Notes: generated from the letters alone by a model not told the origin. A stretch of 64,000 bases of DNA from Felis catus (GCF_018350175.1 NC_058368.1:36086001-36150000), one strand, 5' to 3'; numbered from the stretch's first letter, positions 11,449 through 24,545 are shown. Made by a program: numbers and translations.

Positions 11449-11697
11449 GCTGCCTGTGATGGAAGAGTTGAATTCCCTAAACTCAAGGTTTCTCTCCTAA
11501 AACACAAACCACTGCAACTGGAAACTGGGGCTGATACAAAGCTGTACTTGAGCCACTACTATTGCTGTGGGTAATGAAGTCCTTTGTTTTCGACCCAGGC
11601 ATTTATGTCTTCTCATAGCATGCATAAGACTAACATGGCAGACTAACACATTAACTTATAAGTGACACAAAATCACAGACCCTTCATCTTCTTGACA
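11449..11697 (+). mobile_element. 3' LTR remnant (3' half), LTR40-like
   Basis: ttccctaaactcaaggtttctctcct..aagtcctttgt..gacccagg..tggcagactaac..aaaatcacagacccttca..cttgaca matches the recalled LTR40 3' end with terminal CA. Confidence 0.75.
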
Positions 11698-13634
11698 CTC
11701 CCCACCCATGAGTCCAAGAGGACTGAAAGAGGAAGACATCATAGGAAAAAACGAAGCATGCTGTCACCACAGGCCTGAGAACACGTACACAGAAGCAAAG
11801 CCAAACATCCACCCAAAAAAACTCAAGGATTACCACCCTTCGATTCCTTTCCTGACAAAAATCTACCACAATTCAAACAGTCCTCCGACCAACGGCAAGG
11901 TTTTGGACAAACTCTTTAGAATCCAGATAATGTTTCCGATACTCTAGCAAATTATGGCTCTAAACTGAGAAGGGAGAAGATACACGTATAAAGGAAAAGA
12001 AAAATAAAGGGAAAGAAACGAAAAGAACAGATACATTCAACATGCGGTTGAAACTAGGGACTGGTTCACCCGCACTTATTCCAACCCTCTTCTGGGAAAG
12101 CAGACTGTGTCAATATGAGAGGACAATCATACATATCAAGACCGGACCCCATGAGGAAAGGTTTGGGTCTGTGGCAGAAGCACTATTGTCTGCTCTAGGG
12201 TCTCAGGTGCTGACTAGAATAGAATGTTGGGAGTGGTTTTTCCCTTAGAACATTCACGGATGTTGTCTGGCATTTCTTCTACATTACGTCTGTAATACCC
12301 ATCCACACACAGTTCCCTCCCACAAGTTCTGTTAAGGTATCCAGCACCATTTCCTGCTTAAATTACCCACTGTGGATTATGCTGCTTGAAGCTGAAAACA
12401 TCTCTCTGATACACTTGAGAAAAGAAAGTAATGTATAATTTAAGTCTGATATTTATATTTGTACTTTCTTTTCTGATAGGTAAGACTCTCTAAGGCCTGA
12501 GGATAATTTTAACATTTCTGGGACTCAGTTTTTCACTTTCTTTCTCTACCATATGCGTGGGAGGAATGAAAGTTATGTTCAGTTCTATCAAAAACATAGG
12601 CAGTCACATTATCTTCATTATTATCAGACTCAAAAAAAAAAATCTAACAACCCTCCTTTCAAAAGTACTTTGTTATACTTTGCAATAAAAGAACAATGAG
12701 ATTTTTTTTTATTTTATTTTACCATCTCCCACTTACTCCAATTTAAAAGCAAACAAGTGGTTTCTATTTTATTCAGTGACAAACAAGTTTCATTTTTAAT
12801 TTGGTGATTTGCTAATATCCACCAGCCTAGCACATTTCAATCAATGCAAAGTATACAGGTAATGTTATAAAATGGGCACTTAGTACTCAACAGTTTCATG
12901 GGCAAATTGATAATGAGCTAGCTCTAAAATATACTTTATTGTAGAAAATTCAGAAATATCCAAAGAAAAAAGTATTTTTAGGTATTACTAAAGTGTTGCA
13001 TGATCTTTTTAAAGGAAACAGAGAACAACCAGCAACCCCCAAAAAGACAATCTACTTACTACCCCCCCCCCCACCAACACACAACCCTTCTCCCTAAGTT
13101 AGTTATCTGAAAAACAGTACCTTTAACTCCTAACTTAAGCTTGCCACCTGCTAGCTATTTCATATATTAGGCTTAGTAATAATGAGAAACCTTCCTTCCA
13201 GAATAAAAATCCACAACAAAAGGGTTGAGTAGGGAAAATAAGAATTAAAATTCTTCCCATTGTTTATTCATCATCAAAAGCATACAAATTTAATCTGGCC
13301 TTATCAGAAAAATGGGGGAAAAAATGCTAAAATGAATTTTCACTTCTCAATGAAAATTAAACTTTTAAAAACTGTATGAAGAAATTTTAGTGTTTCAAAA
13401 ATAACACAACTAACCATAAAACAAAATATAATTACTTACAACTGAACAAATTACTTTCATAAAAGCAAACACAATCAGCCACCTAGATCTTGGTATAAAA
13501 TTTCTCAAGAACTGAATCAGATGATTTAAACAACTATCAAGGGGAGGTGTTGCTGCTAGCCCTGCCCCGACCTTTATTCCCCTAACGCTAAAGACGGCAA
13601 ACAAGCAGTCATTGAAAAAAAAAATCATCTCCAC

Positions 13635-14120
13635 AAATTTTCACAGGCAGCATTACTCATAAAAACCAAAAAGCAGAAACAATTCACATGTCCACCAACT
13701 GACAAATGATCAACAAAATGTGGAATATCCATACAATACGCATACTTGGAGCAGAAAAAAAATGAGGTTGCGACACATACTTCAACATGAATGAACCTTG
13801 AAAATATTATGTTAAGTGAATGCAATCAGTCAGAAAGGACCTCATATTGTATTATTCTTATCAAATATCCAGAATATGAAAATCTATAGGGAGAGAAAGT
13901 AGATTAGCAGTTGCCTAGAGCTATAGGGAAGGAGGGCATTGCAGGCTGACCGTGAAGGGGTAGGGTGGGGGGATTCTTTTAGGGGTAAATAAAAGGTTCT
14001 AAAGTTGATTATGGTGAAGGCTACACAACTCTGATTATACACAAAATACTGAACTGTCCATGTCACATGGGTAACTTTTATGATACATGGATTTTATCTC
14101 AATAAAGCTGTTAAAAAAAT
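13635..14120 (+). mobile_element. Old L1M (L1MB/MC-like) 3' end
   Basis: aacatgaatgaaccttgaaaatattatgttaagtgaa through ttttatctcaataaagctgttaaaaaaa. Confidence 0.8.
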
Positions 14121-14549
14121 CATTTCAAATTTATATCAGATCTTTAGATAAATGTTTAAATTTCTTCAAGTCTTAATGTCGTCTTTAAACTAGTAATCCA
14201 CTCTCAATTGTTAACTGACTATTCTCTTTCAGAGAACTGTATAGATATTTACTAGCTAAATATAAATTTATCATAACTACACCAATCATTTTTCCATATG
14301 GTAGCACCTTCAATGAGAGTAACTACCATAATAGAAATGACTAAATATACCCAAGAATGTTTTTGATACGTGTAGTTTGCCTTCAGGTTCATATGGTAAT
14401 CAGTTATAATTCTTAAAGTTCGAATAGATGTACCTCAATGTTTGATAGCCAAAACAAATTTAATAGGCAAATAACGAATTTTAAGGTTATAATGGTCACC
14501 TTTCAACTGTCAATCATGTTATTTACCTAGATTAAACATGGTTTTGTTC

Positions 14550-14573
14550 TTTTTTTTCTTAAAATTTTATTTT

Positions 14574-14611
<38 letters not shown>

Positions 14612-14770
14612 TGAGGGGCGGGGGGGGGGGGGTGCAGAGAGAACCGTAAGCAGGCTCCACACTGTCAGCACAGAGCCTGATGTGGGGCTCAAACCCACGA
14701 ACCATGAGATCATGACCTGAGTGGAAACCAAGAGTCAAATGCTTAGCCAGTTGAGCCACCCAGGCACCCC
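14550..14770 (-). mobile_element. CanSINE
   Basis: Reverse-complement SINE: T tail, (GA)n tract, gagatcatgacctgag, gagccacccaggcacccc. Confidence 0.92.
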
Positions 14771-14884
14771 AAAACGGCTTTGTTCTTAACAAGACATTTT
14801 TTACCCCTTTCCTCAGACAGAGCTTTAAAATGTTAAATGATATAATATTGCCATAAACTGGGACCTTAGTTTTACCAAGATTTG

Positions 14885-15560
14885 TTCTTAACTGTTTATT
14901 TTGAAATAATTGTAGATACACAGAAAGTTGCAAAAAGAAACAAATGCACAGGTAGATCCTAGGTATTCCTAACACCTTGCATGATTATAATACAACACAA
15001 AAACCAGGAAAGTGAAATTGGTACAACCCACAGAACTTACTTAGCTTTTAGCAGGCTTACACTCATTTGTGTGTATATGTACAGTTCTGTGTGAGTTCAT
15101 CCTATGTATACGTTTGTCACCATCACCACAATCAAGATGCAGAACTGTTTCACCACACACAACTCCCTGCTGCCGTTCATTTATGGTCACACCCAACACT
15201 TTCTCAGACCCCGTTCCAAATCTTTGGCAACCACTAAACTGTTCTCTGTCTCTAAAACCTGGTTCTTTCAAGAACGCTATATAAGTGCAATCACAAAGTG
15301 TGTAACCAACAGCACTGGCATTTTTCAATCAAGGTAATTCTCTGGAGATTCACGTAAGCTGTTGTATATATCAATAGTTCATTGTTTTTCATTACTGAGT
15401 AGTATTCTAAGATACACGTGTACCACAGTTTAACCCTTCATCTGTTGAAGAACTTCTGGGTTGTTCCCAATTTGAGTCTATGAAAAATACATGAACAGGT
15501 TGTGTGTGAGCATACATTTTGTTAATCTGAGATATGTTCACGGGTATTGCTAAGTTCTAA
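14885..15560 (-). mobile_element. Old L1MC-like 3' fragment
   Basis: ttttgaaataattgtagatacacagaaagttgcaaaa and caatagttcattgtttttcattactgagtagtattc are typical reverse-complement L1M 3' UTR. Confidence 0.7.
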
Positions 15561-15594
15561 TTATGTAACAATTTTTTAAAATCTTTTGATGGTT

Positions 15595-15808
15595 TCTTTT
15601 TTTTATGTTTGTTTATTTTTGAGAGAGAGCAAGTGTGCATGCAAGCAGGTGACGGGCAAAGAGAGAGACAGAGAGATAGAATCCAAAGTAGGCTCCAGGT
15701 TCTGAGCTGTCATCACAGAGCCCGAAGTGGGGCTTGAACCTATGAACCGTGAGATCATGACCTGAGCCGAAGTTGGATGCTTAACCAACTGAGCCACCCA
15801 GATGCCTC
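15595..15808 (-). mobile_element. CanSINE
   Basis: Reverse-complement SINE ending gagccacccagatgcctc; the flanks repeat ttatgtaacaatttt. Confidence 0.92.
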
Positions 15809-15959
15809 TAGTTATGTAACAATTTTAGTATCAATTTTAGTATGTTTCTGAGAAAGGAAGATCGCCTTCAGTCTCCATTCTCCACTGTTGTTAATTGAAC
15901 AAAATTCCTTTTGAAGTCTACCATTTACTCAACTCTTATGGCAAATGAACTAAACATTT

Positions 15960-16150
15960 TAAATACATTAATCTATACAATCCCCACATCAACCATGGGG
16001 TAGTGATCAACAGTCTCCTTATCTTACAATTAAAAAAAAAATGGAGGCAAAGAAGAGGTCTAGGGCACGATCCTGGGTCACAGAGCCAGGATGGGAAGAG
16101 CAGGGACTTAAATTCAAGCTATCTGACTCAGAAGTCTACTCCTTCCATTC
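15960..16150 (-). mobile_element. MIR fragment
   Basis: Degenerate MIR core (ggaggcaaagaagaggt..gggtcacagagccagg..gagcagggacttaaattcaag..tctgactc). Confidence 0.6.
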
Positions 16151-16506
16151 CAAGACAGCATCCCTTCCACTCTTGGGATGTATGTATTATTAAATACAAA
16201 AAGCATACACTAGCACAAAAAGTATTTAGGAGATAAAGTTTATATGTGACTATTACATTTCCTAAGTGAGATTTTAAAAACTGGACATGATCTCTATCTA
16301 ATATGCTATGCAAATGACCAAAATTCATCTGATAACCTGTTGCTATCTGCACAAACATTATACAGGTAAGAGGTAACCTGGGTACTAAAGGAAAATTCAG
16401 GTAAAGTAATCAGCTTTTCTTTACAAAGTTTTTTCTGTGTTCACTCTTCATTAGGCTTGTGGTAAATAGGAGGTCTGGGGCCAGATGAGAAAGGAGGAGA
16501 AGGGAG

Positions 16507-16707
16507 GGGCTCCTGGGTGGTTTTGTCAGCTGAGTGTCCAACTTTGGACCAGGTCATGATCTCACAGTTCATGAGTTCGAACCCCACGGGGGGCTCGTTG
16601 CTGTCAGTGTAAAACCCCCTTTGGGTCCTCTGTCCCCCACTCTCTCTGCCCCACCCCCGCCCATACACTCTCAAAGAAAAGAAACATTAAAAAAAAAAAA
16701 AAAAAAA
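16507..16707 (+). mobile_element. CanSINE
   Basis: ggggctcctgggtgg head, caggtcatgatctcacag, A tail, and ggagaaggga repeated at both flanks. Confidence 0.9.
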
Positions 16708-17274
16708 GGAGAAGGGAAATGAGAGCAATGACATCCTTGTCCATGGATACGCACTGTAGACTCTAAGACTCTAGAATACATATGAAAAATCTGAAGGAGC
16801 AAGGTCCACATCAGAGGTGATAACACATCCCAGGCCCCTACTCCCATGCTCTCTGACAAGCCCTGATGAGTAAGGAGAGGCTTCTTTCCAGAAGCTCTGG
16901 TAACAGGACCTATGCATTAGGGAATATATACTCGGATCTCCAGCCCTACCTATTGCCCAGAGAAACAAATCACAACAGGGTTCCTCACCAGCCATTCACA
17001 AACACTGTCATCAGAAAGGTCATCATCACAAACACCATCATCAGAAATACCATAATACATTTTTTAATTTTGACATCTCTAAAATTTTCTGATTGATCAT
17101 CAAATACTATCTTTTTTTCTTAATTTAACGTAAGATTTGGTTTCTTTATTCCTACCACAATGAAAAATAATACAGAGGCCAAGCTGCACAGACCTTTAAA
17201 TAAAATTTAAAACTAGAAGTTTTTTACTAATTAAGGGGGAAATAAATTTACTTTGTAGCTATTATTAGCACATT

Positions 17275-17420
17275 TTGGTTTTTAATCATTGCTGCACATT
17301 AGAATCATCTGAGAATCTTTAAAAATCCCAATAGCCAGGTCATACCAATTAAATTTTTTAAATATCCAGAGGTGGGAGTCAGGTATTAATTATTTCCTTA
17401 AAGATACTCAGGTTATTAGC
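17275..17420. mobile_element. MER5-like hAT-Charlie MITE fragment
   Basis: gctgcacattagaatcatctgagaatctttaaaaatcccaatagccagg matches the recalled MER5 consensus. Confidence 0.6.
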
Positions 17421-17574
17421 AATAACTGTAACAATTCCAGCAATTAAAACAAAACCCCTCTTTAAAAAAAAAGGAGAAATTATATAAACATTAGTTATAC
17501 AGCTTGGACACTATACTAGTTAAGTCTAAAAATAACTTCCTTAAAAAAAGTGAATTTCTAACAGCACTTAAATA

Positions 17575-17770
17575 TTTTTTAATTTATTTTTTAGTATTTA
17601 TTTATTTTTGAGAGACAGAAGACAGTGTGTGAGTAGGGAAGGGGCAGAAAGAAAGGGAGACACAGAACCGGAAGCAGGCTCCAGGCTCTGAGCCGTCAGC
17701 AAAGAGCCTGACGAGATCATGACCTGAGTCAAAGTTGGACGCTCAACCAACTGAGCCACCCAGGTGCCCC
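17575..17770 (-). mobile_element. CanSINE with a small internal deletion
   Basis: Reverse-complement SINE with TSD aacagcacttaaatattt on both sides. Confidence 0.93.
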
Positions 17771-18214
17771 AACAGCACTTAAATATTTAAATATCTTTGA
17801 AAATCCTAGTGTACCTTGGTCTCCTTATTATTCATGCAAACTCTTAACTTTTCAGATATAAAAACTAATAATTCAGCAAAAAGCCGTAATTCACTTAATT
17901 GTCCAAACTTCATAAAAAGTTGTAATTATCAAGTAGTAAGACTAACAGAAAATAAAGAATTCATGGACTTTGATTATCGATTTTATAGAAATCCCTAGTA
18001 AGTCAGCATCTAAGAAAGTAACCCAAGGAAATAATAATAGGTATACACCAAGTTATAACTATAAGAACACATTGTGATACATTATACATTAGAATTCCAT
18101 ATATTTATTTGAAATGTTATAAAACATTCAATGGCATGCAGGGTTTCATACTTAAATATAAGCCAGTCAGAAAACAGTTATAAAACAATATGTAAGATTA
18201 TACCTGAAACTTAC

Positions 18215-18320
18215 CTGCAGCTGAGCTGAATCATGCCTGAGACCTTCCACAATAGATGAAAATCTGTCAACGTTTCTTTCTTCTCCAGCTGATGTTAAAG
18301 CTTCTAAAACTTCTTCAAGG
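18215..18320 (-). CDS. DIAPH3: DIAPH3 coding exon (~exon 9), 106 nt
   Basis: Junctions tgatag|CCTTGAA...CTGCAG|gtaagt; encodes (I)LEEVLEALTSAGEERNVDRFSSIVEGLRHDSAQLQ, also visible inside ORF 18167..18433; phase 2 to 0. Confidence 0.97.
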
Positions 18321-18519
18321 CTATCAGAAAATTTGAAATTAATTAAATTGCCAACAGCAAATAATCTAAATGCCTTAATACAACTGCTTGATCTATTCAA
18401 CTCCAGAGTCACTACTCCCAGAACCAGCAACATTTTAAAAGCTTACTGAGTACATAGCATGTATCAAGTACTAGCTACATGTTTTAATTCATTTATGCCT
18501 AATAACCCTATGATGAGGA

Positions 18520-18775
18520 TAACTTATCAAACATTTATAAAGTGCTTTCTACACATCAGGCATTATTTAAATCAGTTTACAAATATTAACTCTTTTTAAT
18601 GTATAGAAGTCTATGAAGTTGGTATTGTCCCATATTATAGAGCAGGAAACTGAGGGAGAAAAAAGTTAAGCAATTTTTCTAAGGTCTCACGTCTCCTAAA
18701 TGATGAAGCAAGGATCTGAAATCAGACAGTCTTTGTGGTGAGCACTGTCCTGGTTTCCTTAATCACTACACTCTA
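18520..18775 (-). mobile_element. MIR
   Basis: cccatattatagagcaggaaactgagg..aagttaagcaattttctaaggtctcac is a reverse-complement MIR core. Confidence 0.7.
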
Positions 18776-19039
18776 CTTCCTTTTCAGTGTAAATGAAGTC
18801 TGATAGCCAAAAATACACAGTAGTAAGGATTTATATACACACATTCGCACATAAAAAATATGCACATAAAAATACGCACATAAAAAGTAGCAGTTAAAGA
18901 GCTACAGTCGCTACACCTTTAAAGAAAGTGTGTTAACACGATCTAGTGTATTGTAGGTCAGTTTGTAGACGTAAACATGTAGTCTGTAAACGTTATCTGT
19001 ATCATTTTAATAACCTATTATGAAGTCAAGAAATAATAA

Positions 19040-19265
19040 ATATGGAAGAAGTAGAAGAAGACGAAGGTGAAAAAAGAGGAGGAAAAAGAGAAAGAGGGTA
19101 AAGAAAGAAGAGGGAAAGGAGATGGCCAAGAGGAGGGAAAAGGAAAGGAAAGGAGAAGGTGTTAAGGAGGCAAGAGGGAAGAGAGAAGACACAAGAAATG
19201 GGTGGAAAGAGGGAGGAGGAGAATGGAGCGGGAGGAGGAGAGGAACAAAGGCGGAGGGGGGGAGC
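19040..19265 (+). repeat. Purine-rich low-complexity tract
   Basis: About 220 nt composed almost entirely of A and G. Confidence 0.85.
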
Positions 19266-19397
19266 ACTAGGTGCATCTTGTGTGTCAATATTAAATACCC
19301 TCTTAGGGTTTTTACAATAAAGTTACTATGGTCTTTTTGAAACAGTTAAGGGAATGTGGTGCAGCTGTACCTGGCTTCACGTGCTGGCGCTGCTGCT

Positions 19398-19592
19398 GGG
19401 GACATCTTTGTCCGTGGACACACACCTAGCTACCCGTGTTGCCGCGGGGGGACATCCTTGTCCGTGGACACACGCTGTAGCTACCCGTGTAGCCATGGGG
19501 GGACATCCTTGTCCGTGGACACACACCTAGCTGTGCAGCCGCGAGGGGACATCCCTGTCTGTGGACACACACCGTAGCTACCCGTGCAGCCA
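19398..19592. repeat. Minisatellite/VNTR, 4 units of about 46-51 bp, CpG-rich
   Basis: Unit GGGGACATCCTTGTCCGTGGACACACACC(G)TAGCTACCCGTG..GCC starts at 19398, 19448, 19499 and 19545. Confidence 0.95.
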
Positions 19593-20037
19593 AGGGCGGG
19601 GCCTGAGTCTTGCCTGCTGACTCTCCAATAATCCACACAGAGCAGCTCAACAGTTGCCAGGCCCAGGAGGGTCGCCACAAGGACAATTTTCAAATGCGTG
19701 CGGGAGGGTCTGCTTACAGGCCTCTCTACCTAGCCTTTATGAAAGGGCTATGTATTTACTCTGTAGGTTGTTCTGTTTTTATATCTTCTCCCTTTTTAAA
19801 AGGTATTTTAAATAATTTTTAACTGCTTCCTGTAATAAGAATCCCAACCTTTCAAAAAAGAAAAAAAAGGGGGGTGGAGGTTTATCTCTATAATTATCTT
19901 TTAATATGTATGTAATGGTCTTTTGCTTACAATCCTAATATGTGTGGATAATGTCTTTAAAGTTTAAAACTTCAGGATGTATTTTATGGTCAAAGACTAC
20001 CCTCAACCAGTAAAGTACTATTACATATAGCACTTTT

Positions 20038-20275
20038 ATTATTTTTTTAAGTTTATGTATGTATTTTGAGGGAAAGAGTGTGAGCATGGGCTAGGGAGGG
20101 GCAAAGAGAGAGGGAATGAGAGAAACTCCCAAAGCAGGCTCCAGGCTGCTCCAGCACGGAGCCCGAGTGGGGCGAGTGGAGAGGCTCGGGGGCTCAAGCC
20201 CATGAACCATGAGATCATGACCTGAGCTGAAATCAAGAGTCGGAGGCTCAACCAACTAAGCCACTCAGGTGCCCC
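20038..20275 (-). mobile_element. CanSINE
   Basis: Reverse-complement SINE with approximate TSD atagcactttt/atagcattttt. Confidence 0.9.
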
Positions 20276-20702
20276 ACAAATAGCATTTTTAAAATCTGCC
20301 TTACAAACAGATTTTCAAATAATATTGCAAGGGAAATTGCATGACCTACAATTTGAATTAACTCTATCTGGAAAACAAAAATCACTTAAGAAACAGAATC
20401 CATTTGCATATTTTTTTAAGTCTTTGTTGAGAATTTTTATTTAGGGTTTGAATTCAGAACAACTTAAATACGATGAAGAAATAAGTTTTTCATAGAAAAA
20501 GGTTAGCCCATAACTACTATACTGATTGAGAAATAATTATTACTCAAACATTTCTGTTCAGACAATTATGAATCTAAATCAGCTGCTTAAGTAATACTTC
20601 ATTTATTAACAGTAAATTCTGGTCTAAAATAGAATAATGAAAACATTAAGTAAATCAAATTATATTGTTATATAATTAGAGAAATGAGTTGAGAGGACTT
20701 AC

Positions 20703-20839
20703 ATGCTTTCCTCCCCTACAATGCATACTGCAGAGAGGAGTTTTACCACATCTGTCATCATACTTGGGTGCTTGGGATCGATGGCTTTGGCTAATAGAGA
20801 AAGACTTCTTTCTTCACTCATAATTCTTTCCAAGCCATA
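20703..20839 (-). CDS. DIAPH3: DIAPH3 coding exon (~exon 8), 137 nt
   Basis: Junctions ttatag|TATGGC...AAGCAT|gtaagt; encodes YGLERIMSEERSLSLLAKAIDPKHPSMMTDVVKLLSAVCIVGEES(I); phase 0 to 2. Confidence 0.97.
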
Positions 20840-21269
20840 CTATAACGTTTTGGAAATAAGAGGTTAAATGTTAGCAGTTTATTGGTGGGAAAAAAAATAG
20901 TGCCCTAGAGGAAATACAGTTATTAAAAAAGTTTATAGGATAATAGTTTTTTTTTTACTTTGTACAAGCTAGAAACTATAAGGAATGTATAACATCTTGG
21001 AAAAAATTCATAGACTTATTCACATCAAAAACTATGATAGTCAACCAAACATAACTCCTCAAAGGTGATTTTACAATAGTATGACTTACAATTACTAAGA
21101 AGGCTAAGTATCCAACTGGAGAAAGGGAGAAACAGTGAGGAAAATGGAGATTTCCCAACAGAAGCACACAAAATAAAAGGTCAGTTTTTGTACCAGACAC
21201 TGAGGCCATAAGGAGCTTTCCTGGGAAGGATGGTTGGTAAAGGATATACCACACAAGTAAATACACAGA

Positions 21270-21546
21270 TCAGCTCTAACCCAGAGAAATATAATGAAAG
21301 CCACCCACACAATATCTAGTTTTCCAATAAAAAAGTAAAATTTTAATCAAATTAATCCAGTATATCTAAAATATTATCATTTCAACATAATCAATATAAA
21401 ACATTTATTGATGAGACAGGAAGAAAAAATAACTAAGTATTCAAAACCCAGTGTGTGTTTTATATTTACAACACATCTCAGTTCAGACGAGCCACCTTTC
21501 AAGTGCTCAATAGCCACAGGTGGTGACCACATTACACAACACACAC
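21270..21546 (+). mobile_element. MER33-like hAT-Charlie MITE
   Basis: agaaatataatg..aaaatattatcatttcaacat..actaagt..cacatctca..agccacctttcaagtgctcaatagccaca matches recalled MER33. Confidence 0.75.
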
Positions 21547-24333
21547 CTAGATAGTAATGCTGAGTTCATAAAATGGGCACAGGTTGAAAGAAGATTTGGA
21601 CAGATCCCGTGTAGAAACTGCCATGAGGAGCATAGATACTCTGATCCGACTGGTATTTTATCATCAGAAAGACAATGCAGTTGTAAACACATTATATAAA
21701 TGGGATGATGCTGGACAAGGATAAAGTTTGTTTGCTACTGCCAGGATGCCACATCCAATTAGAAGATAAGGAGTCATGTTAATGACTTCGTGTTTTGATT
21801 TGAGGATATATACATCTCTTAGGGCCCACTTACAATCTATGGGAGATAAGTATCAAATAACAGAGGATAAATAGAAGCAATAAAACAATATGATTTATCT
21901 TCTATGTATCCCAAAGGATCCTTCTAAAGAGTGAGAAATTGGTTGATTAGAATTACTACTGAACACTAAAAAGGACTTTAATCCCAATTACAGACCTATG
22001 AACTTCAGCTTAACTCAAAGTTAACACTAGATATAATTATCAAAGTTAAATCTATAACAAGCTTAGACCCAAATGCTGTGAGTGGTATGAAATCTTATTT
22101 CTAATTTTCCTATCGTGCCTACGTCATTTATATAAAGAAGCCGTCACACTGCTGAAAACACTGCATTTGTTTTCAACCACTATCTAAGGAACACAGGTAC
22201 CAAGGAAGCAGCACAGGCAGAAGGGCCAAGGGCCCAGGATAGGCTTTCTGGAGAGACATCTCGGTCTTGTTGGTGGCAGGGAAAAGTTTACAAATAGATA
22301 GCTAAGCCAGTCAGGAAATGATCCCTTTTGTGATGCCCTGGGCTGTCTCCTAACTGGAAACAAAGAAAGAGAAAGCAGGCATGGGGCCAAGGACTACAAT
22401 GTTCTTCAATAACCATTATAGGGAATTGTCAGAGGTTTATAAAGTACCACTTAGATGCAATTCAAAAAGCCAATCAGTCAATGATTACCAAGTGCCAAAG
22501 AGCTGGCTCTGTCCTGAGAAACCAGAGGATTCAGTAAAGCATTTCCCTTTCATTTCCCACCCACTTGGATGTCCTTAGCCAACTCCTGCTCGTCTGGAAT
22601 CAGAGTCCTGTGGCTCCTCCAAATACTCAAAACAACTCATACCGATTTCCTCCAAGTGATACTAACTACCTTCTCTGTGAAGCCCTCTAGCTCTAAACCA
22701 TTATGAGTAGAGAGCAAAATACGAGCATTCTCTGATTTCAGAGTTTTCACTAGCACTTCCTAAACTCCAAAGCTCCACCATCGGCAGTATTCTGACTTTG
22801 CTAACCTAAAAACATGCCGCGCTCATTTTAAGACTGGAATGAGGCCAGATTACCACCACTGAGCATCTAGAACTAAAGACAGAACTGCCGCCTACTTCAT
22901 TAAAATTACTCTTGTTCAATTATTTAAAAAACAAAACAAAGCAAACAAAAACTGTTGACTCTGTGAAAGAAATAATCAACTTACCAGTGCTAGCACTTAA
23001 AGTGCATTAAATGAAGCCTATTAGAACGTTAGAGAGGCGGTGACAAATTTTGGAAGGTCTAAGGTGTCTCTCTACTGAATATCAAGGGGCCACTCTGGTT
23101 TCTATGAAAACTCATATGTTCTAAATCAAGGAATAAAGCCAGGTTCCATTTGCTTTCTACTTGAGGCCCATTATTACCTAACAGATAGAATGTCAAGCCA
23201 CTGGAAAAGTGTTAGGTAGGGGAAGGTGAAGGCCCTAAATCCTTGTGTACGATACTCAATAGGGCATGAATCCTGATGCTCAATCACTAACTACTTATGG
23301 TGAGTTAATCCCAGTAGCAGAGATAACACTGGGAAGGGGGCTGGCTTCAGGAGCAAAACACCTATGCTGGGGGGTGCACACCTTAAAGCAACACACAAAA
23401 TGTTAACAGACCAAAATGTAGCCCCTGTTCTACTCACCTCTTAAACATATTTAACTTTTCATCATTTTATTGTTTCCCCTAATATTCAAAATCTTTTTCC
23501 ATTTAGAAAATACTATTTAGTCCAATTTAGTGTTATAAGAAACTCACTTTCATCTGTTACCAGATTTACTCATTAATTACATAATTACTAGTGCCTAAGA
23601 AGGTACCACTTTTTTTCCCCTCTCAGAGCCTATATTTTTTTCATTATTCGAGGAACTCTTGTAAAGAGTACACAGTGACATAAATGAAAAACCATCAACA
23701 AATCTTGGGGAGGAGGGGGACTTTACCGAAAAATTATTTCATATATTATTAAGTTTAGAATTCAAAAAATAGAATAATTTCAAGTATCAGCAACTTTTTA
23801 TTCTTATTAGCACAGATGATAGCCATCAACACAAATGGAAATAGATTCCAGCTCCACAGACACAAACTATAAGCAAAAGCAATCCATTATAAGGGAACAC
23901 ACTGTATCAATCAGAACCTAAATACATAAAGTTGACTCCCTCCTCAGGTCAGTCTGAAGTAGGAAATTGCTTCTGTACACCACCTCATCTCACTTTAATC
24001 CTGGTATTCTTCCCAAAATCAAAGAATGATCCACATGCCCCTTTAGTTTAAAAAAATGTTCCTGGATTTTCTCTACTGTCAGCCTTATCATCAGGGAAAT
24101 TTCCAATTTCTATATTCTCAATTTACAAGGAGCCTCTCTAAAGCAATATTATGTCCTCAGGATAGAAAAATCGCTTTCTTCATTTACTCTTAAGACATAT
24201 TGTAAAAAAGAATATGTAGTCTAACTAAAAACTAATTCTCACAGAACAATCCGTTCAAATATAGAATATATGTGAATATGTAACAATATAAAGAGGATTT
24301 CTACATCAGATATTCCCCTTGAAAATCATATTA

Positions 24334-24545
24334 GAGGCGCCTGGGTGGCTCAGTCAGTTGATCGTCCAACTTTGGCTCAGGCTGTGATCTCACAGTTCGT
24401 GAGTTCGAGCCCCACAAGGAGCTTGCTGCTGTCAGCTTGTCAGGGCAGATCCCACTTCAGATGCTCTACTCTCTTTCCCTCTTCCCCTCCCCCACTCACA
24501 CTCTCTCAAAAAACAAAACATTAAAAAAAAGAAAAGAAAAGAAAG
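24334..24545 (+). mobile_element. CanSINE
   Basis: ggcgcctgggtggctcagtcag head with TSD gaaaatcatat. Confidence 0.92.

Noticed and set aside
14538..14975. Recurrent ORFs such as WVAQ..KHPTSAQVMISR and ERERER
   Set aside because: They are translations of CanSINE copies, not genes.
19398..19592. CRISPR-like array
   Set aside because: The units are tandem with no unique spacers, there are no cas genes, and the context is a mammalian intron.
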